A DNA stretch of 64,000 bases from a virus, in IMG/VR virus record IMGVR_UViG_3300036806_000217, positions 23,341-87,340 of that record; one strand, given 5' to 3'. Positions 54,099 through 64,000 of the stretch are shown one piece after another. A program made the translations under genes and the position numbers. A model generated the notes under the pieces. The model searched no databases, was not told the origin of the DNA, and was given only the letters and a program-made list of their open reading frames with translations. Numbering within the stretch: the first letter of the stretch is position 1; each line of letters opens with the position of its first letter.

Positions 54099-54564
54099 CG
54101 ACTTCTCTATCCGCATCAGCGGCCTGCCGGAGTTCAACGCCGCCCTGACGCGCATCGAGCGGCAGATCGACGTCGCCACGGTGGCGGCGCTGAAGTCGAC
54201 GCAGAACCTGGCCAAGAAGACCATCCGCGCGCAGATGCGCGGGCGTCCGCGCTGGGACCACCGCGGCAAGTCCTCGCGCACCGGCGGCAGCGTTTCTCTG
54301 CACCTGAATCCGCCGCACGTCTCCAAGGGCGGAGGCCCCGGGAAGCTGACCGGGACCCTGACCCGCGGGGTGGGCGGGGTCCGCAAGCCGAAGAAGACCC
54401 CGGAGGGCTTCGCGGGCGGTGTCGGGGTCGGCGGCGGGGTCCGCAACCTCTACAAGAAGCGCATCGAAGGCACCTACCCCTACGTGAAGCCGGGCCTGGC
54501 CAAGGCCACCGCGGGCATGCCCGCGATCTGGGAGAAGGCCTGGGACCGGTCGGTCCGCCTCTAA
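54091..54564 (+). CDS. HK97 gp10-like neck/tail protein
   Basis: 'PGKLTGTLTRGV', 'YPYVKPG'. Confidence 0.65.
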   Translation: MASDFSIRISGLPEFNAALTRIERQIDVATVAALKSTQNLAKKTIRAQMRGRPRWDHRGKSSRTGGSVSLHLNPPHVSKGGGPGKLTGTLTRGVGGVRKPKKTPEGFAGGVGVGGGVRNLYKKRIEGTYPYVKPGLAKATAGMPAIWEKAWDRSVRL

Positions 54565-54591
54565 CTGAACAGCGTGTGGGGGTGAGCCGTC

Positions 54592-57414
54592 ATGGCTGGC
54601 CTGCCTCCCGTGTTCGTCGAGTTCCTCGGCAAGTCCACTGGCGTCAAGACGGCGCTGGCCGACATCAAGGCCGAGACCCGCGTGGCGGCGGCCGAGGGCG
54701 AGACGTCGTTCAGTCAGTTCGGGCGGATCTCCAAGGCGGCGGTCGCCGGGATCGGCATCGCCGCCGTCGCCGCGGCCGCGGACACGGTCCACATGGCCGC
54801 GGATTTCCAGACGCAGATGACGCGGGTCAAGACGGGCGCCGGCGAGGCGGCCAGCAACATGAAGCTGGTCTCCGACGGGGTCCTGTCCATGGCCGGGCAG
54901 GTCGGGGAGTCCACCACCGAACTGACGTCCGGGCTGTACACGGTGGAGTCGGCGGGCTACCACGGCTCGGACGCGCTGAACGTCCTGAAGAACTCGGCGG
55001 AAGGCGCGAAGGTCGGCGCCGCGGACCTGGCCACGGTCACCGACGCGGTCACCACCGGCCTGAACGCCTACCACATGGGCGCCTCGCAGGCCTCGGACGT
55101 CACCAACGAGCTGATCGCCACCGAGGCCGAGGGCAAGACCAACATGGAGGCCCTGGCCGGCTCCATGGCCTCGATCCTGCCCACCGCGTCGGCGGCGCAC
55201 GTCGGCATCCAGGAAGTCCTGGGGGCGATGGCCACCATGACCGCCCAGGGCACCCCCGCGGCGGTCGCGGCGACCTACCTGCGCCAGACCATCGGGATGC
55301 TGTCGAACCCGTCGGCGAAGGCGGCGGCGGAGATGAAGGACCTGGGGCTGAACTCCGTCCAGGTCGCCCAGAACCTGGGCAAGAACGGCCTCGCCTCCAC
55401 GCTGACCGAGCTGACGACCGCGATCACCCAGCACATGGGCCCGGCCGGCACCGTCCTGATCAAGCACCTGCAGGACGCGGCGAAGAACACCTCCGCCTAC
55501 CAGAAGGTCCTCGCCGGCCTGCCGCCGTCCCAGCAGACCTACATCGGGGCGCTGGCCACGATGGTCGGCGGCACCAAGTCGATGCAGGCCGCGCTGGAGC
55601 TCACCGGCCCGCACATGAAGACGTTCCAGGCCGACACCGCGGGCATCGCCCAGCACGTCAAGGACGCCCACGGCGGCATCGAGGGCTGGAGCGACGTCCA
55701 GAAGACGTTCAACCAGCGCATGGCCGAGGCCAAGGCCGGCGTCGGGGCGATGGCGATCCAGATCGGCAACGCCCTGCTGCCCACGGTCACCAAGCTGGCC
55801 GGGGTCCTGGCCACCGTGGTGACGTTCCTGACCAAGCACAAGGCGATCGCCGAGGCCCTGGCGATCGTGATCGGCGGCATCCTGGTCGTCTCGATCGCGG
55901 TGCTGACGGTGGCGCTGTGGAACGCGGCGGCGGCCAGTGCCGCGCTGACGTGGCCCATCATCCTGATCGCCCTGGCCGTGGCGGCGCTGATCGCCATCAT
56001 CGTCCTGCTGATCATGCACTGGCGCACCGTGTGGGCCGTCATCAAGGACGTCGGCCTGGCCATCGCCCACGCGGTGATGGCCGCCTGGGACGCGGTCGTC
56101 GCCTTCACCGAGTCGGCGTGGAAGCACATCTCGCAGGCCGTCTCGGAGGCCTGGAACGCGGTCGCCGCCTTCTTCGTCGGCGCCTGGCACGCCGTGGTCG
56201 ACCCGATCGTCCACGCCTGGGACATCGTCAGCAAGGCCGTCTCGGACGCCTGGGACGGCATCGTGTCGTTCCTGGTCGGCGCCTGGCACACGGTCGTGGA
56301 CCCGATCGTCTCGGCGTGGAACTCGATCGTGTCGGTCACCACCACCGTGTGGAACGCCGTCCTCGGATTCCTGCGCAAGTGGTGGCCGCTGCTGCTGGTG
56401 CTGTTCCTGCCGTTCGTGGCGCTGGCGATCGCAATCTGGAACCACTTCCACACCGCGATCTTCAACACCGCAATCATGGTGTGGAACAAGGTCTCCGGGT
56501 TCTTCGTCGGCGTCTGGAACTTCATCGCCTCCACCGCCAAGACGGCGTGGGGCCTGATCCAGAGCTACATCGTGGCGCCCGTCGTCGCGGTCTGGCAGTG
56601 GCTGGTGTCGGCCTGGAACACCATCTACGGCTGGCTCGTGACCCTGTGGGGCCTGGTCGCCGCCGGGGCGAAGATCGCATGGAACGCGATCAAGGTCGCG
56701 ATCATCGATCCGATCATCGCGATGTGGAACCAGATCGTCTCGGTCTGGCACACCATCGCCGGCTGGCTGACCACCGCCTGGCACGGCATCGCCGCGGCGG
56801 CCTCCGCGGTGTGGAACGCCATCAAGACCGCGATCATCAGTCCGCTGACCAGTGCCTGGCACAGCATCACCGGCATCGTCGGCAAGATCGGCTCCGCGAT
56901 CGGCACGGGCCTGCAGTCGGCCTGGAACACGGTGTCCAACATCGGCAGCAAGTTCCTGTCGATCGGCTCCGACATCATCAACGGCATCATCACCGGCATC
57001 GAGAACGCCGCCGGGTCCCTGTTCAGCGCCCTGGGGAAGATCGCCTCGAATGCGCTGAGCTCGGCGAAGAGCTTCCTCGGCATCGGCTCGCCGTCCAAGG
57101 AGTTCGCCGAGCAGGTCGGCCAGTGGATCCCCCACGGCATCGCCCAGGGCATCACCAAGTACTCCGGGGTCGCCCACGCCGCGGTGAAGAACCTGACCGG
57201 GCAGCTCACCAGCCAGAGCCTCGGCGTCGGCACCGCAGGCCTCGGCGTCGCCGGCGGCGCTGCTGCGGGGGGCATCGGCGGGGCTGCGGCCACCGCCCAG
57301 GTCACCACGATCGTCCAGGTCGACGGCGAGGAACTGTTCCGCGCCACCCAGCCGCACGCCCTGCGGTTCGACCGCCGCAACGCCCAGGCCGGCCTCGTCT
57401 ACGTCCGCGGATAG
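54592..57414 (+). CDS. Tape measure protein
   Basis: 940 aa; TP901-type core, Trp-periodic repeats, 'LGIGSPSK'. Confidence 0.95.
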   Translation: MAGLPPVFVEFLGKSTGVKTALADIKAETRVAAAEGETSFSQFGRISKAAVAGIGIAAVAAAADTVHMAADFQTQMTRVKTGAGEAASNMKLVSDGVLSMAGQVGESTTELTSGLYTVESAGYHGSDALNVLKNSAEGAKVGAADLATVTDAVTTGLNAYHMGASQASDVTNELIATEAEGKTNMEALAGSMASILPTASAAHVGIQEVLGAMATMTAQGTPAAVAATYLRQTIGMLSNPSAKAAAEMKDLGLNSVQVAQNLGKNGLASTLTELTTAITQHMGPAGTVLIKHLQDAAKNTSAYQKVLAGLPPSQQTYIGALATMVGGTKSMQAALELTGPHMKTFQADTAGIAQHVKDAHGGIEGWSDVQKTFNQRMAEAKAGVGAMAIQIGNALLPTVTKLAGVLATVVTFLTKHKAIAEALAIVIGGILVVSIAVLTVALWNAAAASAALTWPIILIALAVAALIAIIVLLIMHWRTVWAVIKDVGLAIAHAVMAAWDAVVAFTESAWKHISQAVSEAWNAVAAFFVGAWHAVVDPIVHAWDIVSKAVSDAWDGIVSFLVGAWHTVVDPIVSAWNSIVSVTTTVWNAVLGFLRKWWPLLLVLFLPFVALAIAIWNHFHTAIFNTAIMVWNKVSGFFVGVWNFIASTAKTAWGLIQSYIVAPVVAVWQWLVSAWNTIYGWLVTLWGLVAAGAKIAWNAIKVAIIDPIIAMWNQIVSVWHTIAGWLTTAWHGIAAAASAVWNAIKTAIISPLTSAWHSITGIVGKIGSAIGTGLQSAWNTVSNIGSKFLSIGSDIINGIITGIENAAGSLFSALGKIASNALSSAKSFLGIGSPSKEFAEQVGQWIPHGIAQGITKYSGVAHAAVKNLTGQLTSQSLGVGTAGLGVAGGAAAGGIGGAAATAQVTTIVQVDGEELFRATQPHALRFDRRNAQAGLVYVRG

Positions 57415-57423
57415 GGGGTTCCC

Positions 57424-60285
57424 ATGGCCGTGCCCGGCCTGCTGGCCAACTGGCCGCGCATCGCCTTCCAGATCGCCTGGAACCTGGGCGGCCTGCAGTC
57501 CGGTACGCCGTACTGGACGGACCACACCTCCCGGCTCACCGCCGGCTGGACCGCCACCCAGGCCGGGCGCCAGTACGAGCTGGACGCCGTCCAGTCCGGC
57601 GGCATGACGTTCACCTTGGACAACTCCGACGGCACGTTCGACTCCACCAACCCCAGCTCGCTGCTGTACGGCAGCATCAAGCCGTTCCGCCTCGCCCGCC
57701 TGACCGCGACGTGGCCGCCGACGAAGAACCTGTTCCTGCAGGACCTGGCCAAGGGCACCTCGACGGCCAACATCCGCAACTTCGTCGGCGGCGTCCTCGC
57801 AACGGTCACCGGGCTCACCGCCGCACCCAGCGGCCAGACCACCGCCATCAGCCTGACCTTCCCCGCCACCGCCGCCGTGAGCACCGGCTACATCCAGGGC
57901 ACCACCTCCCTGGCGCCGAGCATGGACGCCCTTGCCACGCCCCTGGTCGGCCAGACCGGGTCCCTGGTCGGGCAGCAGATGACCGCGAGCGTGTACTGCT
58001 CGGCGCTGGCCGGCGGCACCACGAACCTGCCCATGCAGGTCCGCATCTACTGGTACGCGCAGGACGGCACCCGGATCAGCTCCAGCGACGGCGCCGCAAC
58101 CGTGGTGCCCGTCGCCCCGTCCTGGTCTCGGGCGACCGCGACCGCCACGGTGCCCGCCGGCGCGGTCTGGGCCCGGCTCGCCTTCATCAACTCGGCGCTC
58201 ACCAGCGTCTCCAACACCGTGTACACCACCGGCTGGCAGTTCGAGGCCGCCGCCGCCGTCACCTCGTGGGCCGACCCGGGCACCACCTACCCGCTGTGGA
58301 CCGGCTACCTGGAGCGGACCAAGCGCAAGTGGAACGGCACCGCGTTCGAGAACATCGACATGACCTGCGTCGACGCCCTCGCCGGACTGTCGCGCACCAC
58401 CCTGCAGCCCAGCCTTCCCGCCCAGCTCCTGTCGCTCGGGCCGACCCGGATGATGCCCCTGGACGAGCCGACCGGGTCCACGGCGTTCCGGGACCAGACC
58501 GGTATGCACGCCCCGGGCAAGGCCGCGAACTCGGCCTGGGGCGCCGGGACCCTGACCGCGGGCAACAGCATCTCCGGCACCGGCTTCCTCGGCGCCGCCG
58601 GACCCGTGGTGACCTTCGCGAATCCCACGCCGTCAAACACCGCCGGCCCCGGCGCCTACATCAACCTCGGCACGCCCAGCGGACCGCCCCGCACGGGTGG
58701 CTGGACCAGGTTGATCTGCTTCCGGACCACGACGGTGCCCGCCGCTGGCGTCCCCATGTACCTGTGGTGGGCGTCGGCCGGATCGTTCGGCGGCGCTAGC
58801 TGCGGCCTGTACATCGACAACAATCAGAACGTCAACGCGCAGGCCACCAACGCCGCTGGCGTGCAGATCAGCTCCTGGGTACCCACTGTCGCCGTGTGCG
58901 ACGGCAACTGGCACATGGCCGCGATCATCCTGACGCCCGACGGCAAGACGCTGAACGTCAACGTCGACGGGGCCGGTTTCTTCGGCACCAGCGGCAGCGA
59001 CTGCCACCCCACCGGGATCGCCTCCGACACCCTGGGCGGCACCGCCGTGCCCGTGAACAGGTATTACGGAAACTTCTTCAGCGGCGACATCGCCTACGCC
59101 GTCGAGGTTCCCACCAATAACGTCCCGAGCTTTCCGGATATCGCAGCGGGGTTCTCCACCGGCTGGAGCGGGGAGAGCTCGGCGGCGCGCGGCCAGCGCA
59201 TCCTGACCCTGGCTGGCTACCCGAACTCCCTGACGGCGCTTGGCACCCAGACGCCGATGGGCGCGGCCAACGTCGGCGGCCAGGACGCGGTGACGGCCCT
59301 GAACGTGGTCGCGGACTCCGAGGCCGGGCAGGCCTACACCGACGCAGCGGGCAACGTCACCCTGGCCGGGCGCCTGTGGCGCTACCTCCACTCCATGCCC
59401 GACGTGGTGTTCGGGGAGAACTTCTCCGGCGGGGAGGTGCCCTACCTGGGCGGCTCGGTGGCCGTGGACCTGGACCCCGACCACATCTACAACACCGTGG
59501 ATGTCAACAACCAGGTCGCCCCGAACGCACCGGCGCAGCCCGACGCGCTGGCCAGCAATGCGGTCTCCCAGGGCGAGTACTTCACCAGTTCGCTGACCCG
59601 GACCCTGAACATCGCGGACCCCAACGGCGCCTACTACGCCGCTACGTACCTGGCGAGCCAGTACGCGGAACCGCAGCCCCGCATCTCGGCGGTCACCATC
59701 GACCCGTCCGCGAACCCGGCGCTGTGGCCCCTGGTCCTGGGGCTCGGGTTCGGGTCGCGGGCCCGGCTGATGCGCCGGCCCAACAACTCGCCGAACGTCA
59801 CGCAGCTGGAGACGTTCATCGAGCAGCTGGCCTGGAAGGGCGACACCGACGGGCGCCTGCAGCTCGCCCTGCAGCTGTCCGCCGCGAGCCCGTACCTGGG
59901 CTGGTGGGTCGTCAGCTCCCTGCACTCGACGCTGCAGGTCCAGGCGAACGCGGGCAGCAACACCATCACCCTCGGAGCACTCACCGGCAGCGCCCTTAAC
60001 CCGGCCGCCGCAGTGCTACCCGCGGGGACGGTGCTTACGGTCGGCTATGGCACCGCCGCGGCGGAGAGCGCCACCGTGAAGACCGTCGCGGTCACCACCG
60101 CCGGCTACACCAGCGTCGTGGTGACCCTGACCGCGAACCTCGCCTCCACACACGCGGCGGGACTGACGGTCTGCCAGCCGCTGCCGGGCGGCTACACCCT
60201 GCCCGCCACGACCCTCGCCGGCTACCCGGCCTCCCTGGACGCCGGCGCGACGCTGTCGGCGACCGGCCCGCGCGTCACCTACTGA
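57424..60285 (+). CDS. Large minor tail/tip protein with CBM-like and LamG-like domains
   Basis: 'GRQYELD...LDNSDGTF'; 'PLDEP'; 'DGNWHMAAI'. Confidence 0.8.
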   Translation: MAVPGLLANWPRIAFQIAWNLGGLQSGTPYWTDHTSRLTAGWTATQAGRQYELDAVQSGGMTFTLDNSDGTFDSTNPSSLLYGSIKPFRLARLTATWPPTKNLFLQDLAKGTSTANIRNFVGGVLATVTGLTAAPSGQTTAISLTFPATAAVSTGYIQGTTSLAPSMDALATPLVGQTGSLVGQQMTASVYCSALAGGTTNLPMQVRIYWYAQDGTRISSSDGAATVVPVAPSWSRATATATVPAGAVWARLAFINSALTSVSNTVYTTGWQFEAAAAVTSWADPGTTYPLWTGYLERTKRKWNGTAFENIDMTCVDALAGLSRTTLQPSLPAQLLSLGPTRMMPLDEPTGSTAFRDQTGMHAPGKAANSAWGAGTLTAGNSISGTGFLGAAGPVVTFANPTPSNTAGPGAYINLGTPSGPPRTGGWTRLICFRTTTVPAAGVPMYLWWASAGSFGGASCGLYIDNNQNVNAQATNAAGVQISSWVPTVAVCDGNWHMAAIILTPDGKTLNVNVDGAGFFGTSGSDCHPTGIASDTLGGTAVPVNRYYGNFFSGDIAYAVEVPTNNVPSFPDIAAGFSTGWSGESSAARGQRILTLAGYPNSLTALGTQTPMGAANVGGQDAVTALNVVADSEAGQAYTDAAGNVTLAGRLWRYLHSMPDVVFGENFSGGEVPYLGGSVAVDLDPDHIYNTVDVNNQVAPNAPAQPDALASNAVSQGEYFTSSLTRTLNIADPNGAYYAATYLASQYAEPQPRISAVTIDPSANPALWPLVLGLGFGSRARLMRRPNNSPNVTQLETFIEQLAWKGDTDGRLQLALQLSAASPYLGWWVVSSLHSTLQVQANAGSNTITLGALTGSALNPAAAVLPAGTVLTVGYGTAAAESATVKTVAVTTAGYTSVVVTLTANLASTHAAGLTVCQPLPGGYTLPATTLAGYPASLDAGATLSATGPRVTY

Positions 60286-60352
60286 CCCCTGCCCGCCTCC
60301 AGCACCCCGGCCCTGCCGCCGGTGTGCTGCCCGTGCTGCCCTGGAGGCCCGC

Positions 60353-60880
60353 ATGCCGCTCCCGGTCCCGATCCCCTACAACTGGAACGTCGGCGACACC
60401 GGCAACGCGGCGCTCCTGGACGCGGCGATCCGCGACCCGATCACGTTCCTGACGAACCCGCCGATCGCGACGCTGGTCCAGACGTCCACCCAGTCGATTG
60501 CCACGTCCACTTCCACGGCAGTCACCTGGCCGACACCGACTGTGGACACCTACAGCGGTTGGGCGTCGGGCACTCCAACCCGGTATACGCCGCAGGTGGC
60601 GGGCTACTACCTGTGCATCGGCAACCTGGGATTCGCGGCCACTTCCGCCGTCGGCGCGCGCGATGCCCAGATCGAAAAGAACGGTACGACGGTCGTCAAC
60701 GAGGTCGGCGTCGGCAACGCCGGAACTTCCTACAGCACGGTCATCGGCGTGGTCTCGATGGTTTTCTGCAACGGGACCAGCGACTACATCGAGCTGTACG
60801 CGAACCAGAATTCGGGCGGTGCGCTGGCGACGGTCGTCTCCGGCCGCACCTCACTCACCGTCATGTGGATCCACGCCTGA
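60353..60880 (+). CDS. Minor tail protein (C1q/TNF-like beta sandwich)
   Basis: 'TRYTPQVAGYY', 'NGTSDYIEL...QNSGG'. Confidence 0.7.
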   Translation: MPLPVPIPYNWNVGDTGNAALLDAAIRDPITFLTNPPIATLVQTSTQSIATSTSTAVTWPTPTVDTYSGWASGTPTRYTPQVAGYYLCIGNLGFAATSAVGARDAQIEKNGTTVVNEVGVGNAGTSYSTVIGVVSMVFCNGTSDYIELYANQNSGGALATVVSGRTSLTVMWIHA

Positions 60881-60907
60881 CTGGGTTCGGCCCAACGCTC
60901 CGAGGAG

Positions 60908-61291
60908 GTGACAGTGCCAGATGACGTCACTCTCGGCGAGGTGCAGCGTGGTCTGCGGGAGCATCGGCGTGAGAGCGCCGAGCAGCATCGCGCACTGGAT
61001 GAGCGGATCACGCGGGTGGCCGCGGAGTCGGTGCAGACGGACGTCTACCAGGCGGATCAGCGAGCGACCGCGGAGTTGGCCCGGCGTCTGGAGCGGGACC
61101 GGGTCGAGGGTGAGCGGAAGCTGCGCGAAGACGTGATCACTCCGGCTCTGGTTCGGCTTGCGGCGGTGGAGACGGCGAACGCGAACCGGCCGACGATGTC
61201 GTTCGGCAGGTGGATGCAGGCCCTGGGTGTGGTCATGGCGTTCCTGACGGTGGTGATCGCGGCGTGGGTGGCGACGAAGGGAGCGAAGTGA
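60908..61291 (+). CDS. Coiled-coil protein with C-terminal TM (lysis region)
   Basis: GAGGAGG RBS; 'TLGEV'; C-terminal TM. Confidence 0.65.
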   Translation: MTVPDDVTLGEVQRGLREHRRESAEQHRALDERITRVAAESVQTDVYQADQRATAELARRLERDRVEGERKLREDVITPALVRLAAVETANANRPTMSFGRWMQALGVVMAFLTVVIAAWVATKGAK

Positions 61292-62100
61292 CTGCTCCAG
61301 TCGGCCCGGCGCGGCGTCGCTTTCGGTGGGAGCCGCTGCTGCGGGGCATGATCGTGGTGGGGTTTCTGCTGGGGTGCGCGTACATCGTGGTCCAGTTGCT
61401 GTCGCTGAGGTCGACGGTGGATTCGCAGCAGTCGGGGCAGGCGGCGCAGTCGACGGCCATCACGAAGCTCAGTACTGCCCTGGATCAGACTCGGGCTCAG
61501 TTGCAGGCGCATGGTGTGACGCCGTCGGCACCAGCGGCCACGAAGATCATTCAGGGTGTGCCTGGCGTCCCCGGTGCCGCCGGTCAGAGCATCGTCGGCC
61601 CCGCGGGCCCGTCCGGCCCCGCGGGCAAGGACGGCACATCGCCGGATCCGGCCGCGATCGCAGCCATGGTCGCCACGATGGTGCACCCCAGCCCAGGGCC
61701 CACGGGTCCGGCTGGTCCGCCAGGTCCGGTCGGAGCGAAGGGCTCCCCGGGCGCCGACTCAACCGTGCCGGGGCCGGCTGGTGCGGCGGGTCCCGCCGGC
61801 CAGGACGGAAAGGACGGAAGTCCAGGCCAGAAGGGTGATCAGGGCGATCCCGGGCCTTCCGGACCAGCCGGACCTGCTGGTCCCGCCCCGTCCGGCTGGA
61901 CGTTCACCTCCTCCGACGGCACGGTCTACGACTGCGCCCCGGACTCGGCGGGCTCGACGCATTATTCGTGCACCGCGGAGTCGGGCACGGGTCCGCAGCC
62001 CACGCCGTCGCCCAGCCCGTCGCAGTCGGCGACCGCAGCGAGCAACACCTCGTCGGTCCGCAAGAGCAGCGCCGTGTCGGCGGGACCGGGGTGGCCGTGA
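61288..62100 (+). CDS. Membrane-anchored collagen-like protein
   Basis: N-terminal TM, coiled coil, G-X-Y repeats, 'YDC...YSC'. Confidence 0.75.
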   Translation: MTAPVGPARRRFRWEPLLRGMIVVGFLLGCAYIVVQLLSLRSTVDSQQSGQAAQSTAITKLSTALDQTRAQLQAHGVTPSAPAATKIIQGVPGVPGAAGQSIVGPAGPSGPAGKDGTSPDPAAIAAMVATMVHPSPGPTGPAGPPGPVGAKGSPGADSTVPGPAGAAGPAGQDGKDGSPGQKGDQGDPGPSGPAGPAGPAPSGWTFTSSDGTVYDCAPDSAGSTHYSCTAESGTGPQPTPSPSPSQSATAASNTSSVRKSSAVSAGPGWP

Positions 62101-62420
62101 TGCGCCGCTGGATCGTGCCCGCCATCACCTTGCTGGCGATGGACCTGTACTTCCTGATCTGGCGGACGGCCGAGGTGCAGGGCAACGTCGAGGCGCAGTT
62201 CATCATCGTGACTCCGGCGTTCGTGGTGTCGCATGTGCTGCACCGGCGTGAGGCCGCGAAGCATCACGCCGAGCAGGTCGGCCGGGCCGAGGCGCACGCC
62301 GCCGAGCTGGCCGCACACCGGCAGGAGTTCGCGGTCGTGGCCGACAAGGTGCGTGAGCTGCACGACTTCCATATCGGCTTCAAGCTGCCCGACCGCGAGC
62401 TCCGGCCGCCGCAGCCCTGA
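62100..62420 (+). CDS. Small membrane protein (holin candidate)
   Basis: Two hydrophobic segments, charged tail; lysis region. Confidence 0.5.
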   Translation: MRRWIVPAITLLAMDLYFLIWRTAEVQGNVEAQFIIVTPAFVVSHVLHRREAAKHHAEQVGRAEAHAAELAAHRQEFAVVADKVRELHDFHIGFKLPDRELRPPQP

Positions 62421-62484
62421 GTCGCCCCTTCCTTCGCCCCCGTGCCACCGGCCGGGGGCTTCGTCTTGCCCTCTGGAGACCCTC

Positions 62485-63396
62485 ATGTCCAACACTGTGC
62501 ACGCCCGGAAGTGTGGCCGCCGGGCGCCGAAGAACGCCCCCGCACTGCACCTGGCCGACTTTCTGACCGGTGTAGTCCCAGCCCATCCGGCGGCAGCGGA
62601 CAACCTGGCGCGGCTGGGCGGCGGCTGGGCCATGCTCGGGAACGACGTGGCCGGTGACTGCGTGTCGGTGACGTGGGCAAACTTCCGCCGCCTGGTGTCG
62701 GGCCGGTACCCGGACCAGGGCCAGGTGTGGACGCTCTACAAGACCCAGAACCCCGGCTTCGACCCGAACGGCTCGGCCTCGACCAACGGGCCGGGCAGCT
62801 CGCACGACGGCGGCATGGACATCCAGACGCTGCTGGAGTACCTCGTCAAGGTCGGCGGCCCGGACGGCGTGAAGGCCCTGGGGTTCGCGAAGGTCGACCA
62901 CACGAAGGTGGCGGAGGTCGCCGCCGCGATCGCGATCTTCGGTGCGGTGTGGACCGGCATCACCGTCCTGGACGCCAACCAGGACCAGTTCGGGCAGGGC
63001 GAGCCGTGGGACTACGTGAAGGGCTCGCCGGTCGACGGCGGCCACTCGGTCCTGACCGGCGGCTACGGCCCCGCGGGGGCGGGTCCGCTGGGTGGCGACG
63101 AGCGGTTCATCACCTGGGCTGCCGAGACGTCGTTCACGGACGGCTTCTGGTCGCACGACGTCGAGGAGTGCTGGGTTGTGATCTGGCCGGAGGACCTGAA
63201 GAACGACGCGTTCCTGCTGGGCGTGTCCCTGGCTGCGTTCGCTGCGGCGTGGACGGCGATCACGGGCAAGGTCTTCCCGGTCGCGATCCCGCCGGTGCCG
63301 ACGCCGACGCCCGTCCCGACTCCTGTGGCGGACCCGGCGGACGTGGCACTGGCGGCGTCGATGAAGGCGTGGCTGTCCGCGAAGGGCCTCGGCTGA
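62485..63396 (+). CDS. Papain-like cysteine peptidase fold protein
   Basis: 'GNDVAGDC', 'DGG', 'GGHSVLTGGY', 'ITW'. Confidence 0.65.
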   Translation: MSNTVHARKCGRRAPKNAPALHLADFLTGVVPAHPAAADNLARLGGGWAMLGNDVAGDCVSVTWANFRRLVSGRYPDQGQVWTLYKTQNPGFDPNGSASTNGPGSSHDGGMDIQTLLEYLVKVGGPDGVKALGFAKVDHTKVAEVAAAIAIFGAVWTGITVLDANQDQFGQGEPWDYVKGSPVDGGHSVLTGGYGPAGAGPLGGDERFITWAAETSFTDGFWSHDVEECWVVIWPEDLKNDAFLLGVSLAAFAAAWTAITGKVFPVAIPPVPTPTPVPTPVADPADVALAASMKAWLSAKGLG

Positions 63397-64000
63397 TGGC
63401 CGACCTCTACCTGCCGGACCTGAGCGAGTTTCAGGGCACCGTCAACTGGCACACCCTGGTTTCGAGCGCGTACCCGGTGGCGATCATCCGGGCGCACAAC
63501 GGCTCGAGGGCGGACTACTACTGGTCGGCGAACCGGGCCGGTGCGCATGCGGCGGGCATCCGAGGCCTGGGCATCTACCAGTACTTGCAGGCGTCCCGTG
63601 ATGCGGCGGCTCAGGCCAACGCCCTGTGCGATCTGATCGGGTCGCTGCGGGTCGGCGAGTGGGCGATCTGCGACCTCGAGGAAGGCTCGGGGGACCAGTC
63701 CGCTCGAGCCCACGCCTGGTACACGACGGTCGCCGGGCGGCTGCACAACGCCTCGAGCGAGGAGCTGTACTCCGGCGATTACTTCTTCGGTGCGCATCAC
63801 CTGTCGGCTGCGGGGTTCTCGAGGATCTGGCTGGCGGCGTACTCGAGCACGGAGCCGTCGGCGGTGCACGAGCTGTGGCAGTTCACGGATGCCCGGTCGT
63901 TCCCCGGCATCTCGGGGAAGACGGACGCGTCGGTGTTCCACGGCACGACGGCGGAGCTGCTGGCGCACGTCAATCCGCCCACTCCTGCCCCGAAGCCCAA
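63396..64000 (+). CDS. GH25 muramidase endolysin (3' partial, absent from the ORF track)
   Basis: Own translation: 'DLSEFQGTVNW', 'CDLEE', 'WLAAY', 'LWQFT'; Pro-rich linker at the window edge. Confidence 0.88.
   Translation, partial: MADLYLPDLSEFQGTVNWHTLVSSAYPVAIIRAHNGSRADYYWSANRAGAHAAGIRGLGIYQYLQASRDAAAQANALCDLIGSLRVGEWAICDLEEGSGDQSARAHAWYTTVAGRLHNASSEELYSGDYFFGAHHLSAAGFSRIWLAAYSSTEPSAVHELWQFTDARSFPGISGKTDASVFHGTTAELLAHVNPPTPAPKP

Larger units (their letters stand above)
1..64000. mobile_element. Temperate siphovirus/prophage of a high-GC actinomycete (both ends outside the window)
   Basis: HNH-terminase-portal-protease-capsid-tail-tape measure-lysis gene order, repressor/Cro switch, dense coupled small ORFs; no host housekeeping genes. 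Confidence 0.95.

Noticed and set aside
53431-58509. 1692-aa minus-strand ORF and other long alternative-frame ORFs (e.g. 54576-58799, 27106-29925, 29982-32240)
   Set aside because: Shadow ORFs of real high-GC genes; Arg/Gly/Pro-rich with no motifs.
1-64000. Integrase, att sites, tRNA genes
   Set aside because: None recognised; the element's ends lie outside the window, so integrated versus plasmid state cannot be decided.

Overview
The whole window reads as the interior of one high-GC actinobacterial temperate siphovirus or prophage, probably from a Streptomycetaceae host. It starts inside a DUF2303 gene and ends inside a GH25 endolysin. I saw no integrase, att site, tRNA, rRNA or CRISPR array. 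Layout: 1-12 kb is a rightward early operon (DnaB-N/AAA_25 replication ATPase with iteron-like repeats, LuxR-type HTHs, SLOG protein, C5 methyltransferase, many small ORFs). 12-21.6 kb is a leftward operon headed by a Cro-like HTH facing a CI-like repressor. It includes a BRO-N/methyltransferase-fragment fusion, a hyaluronan-synthase-like GT2 translationally coupled to a bare LAXTG sorting-signal micropeptide, a HAD protein and an FxSxx-like peptide. 23.7-33.3 kb is a plasmid/AICE-type transfer block (DUF2637, TraA-like, FtsK/TraB-like, membrane-tethered nucleases) whose leader has three hairpins with an identical GUGACA loop. 35-36.4 kb is a Q-like late switch and 39-42 kb a fibre cassette. 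42.6-64 kb holds HNH, terminase, HK97-type head, long-tail and lysis genes. All family calls come from motif recognition by eye; no database searches were run.
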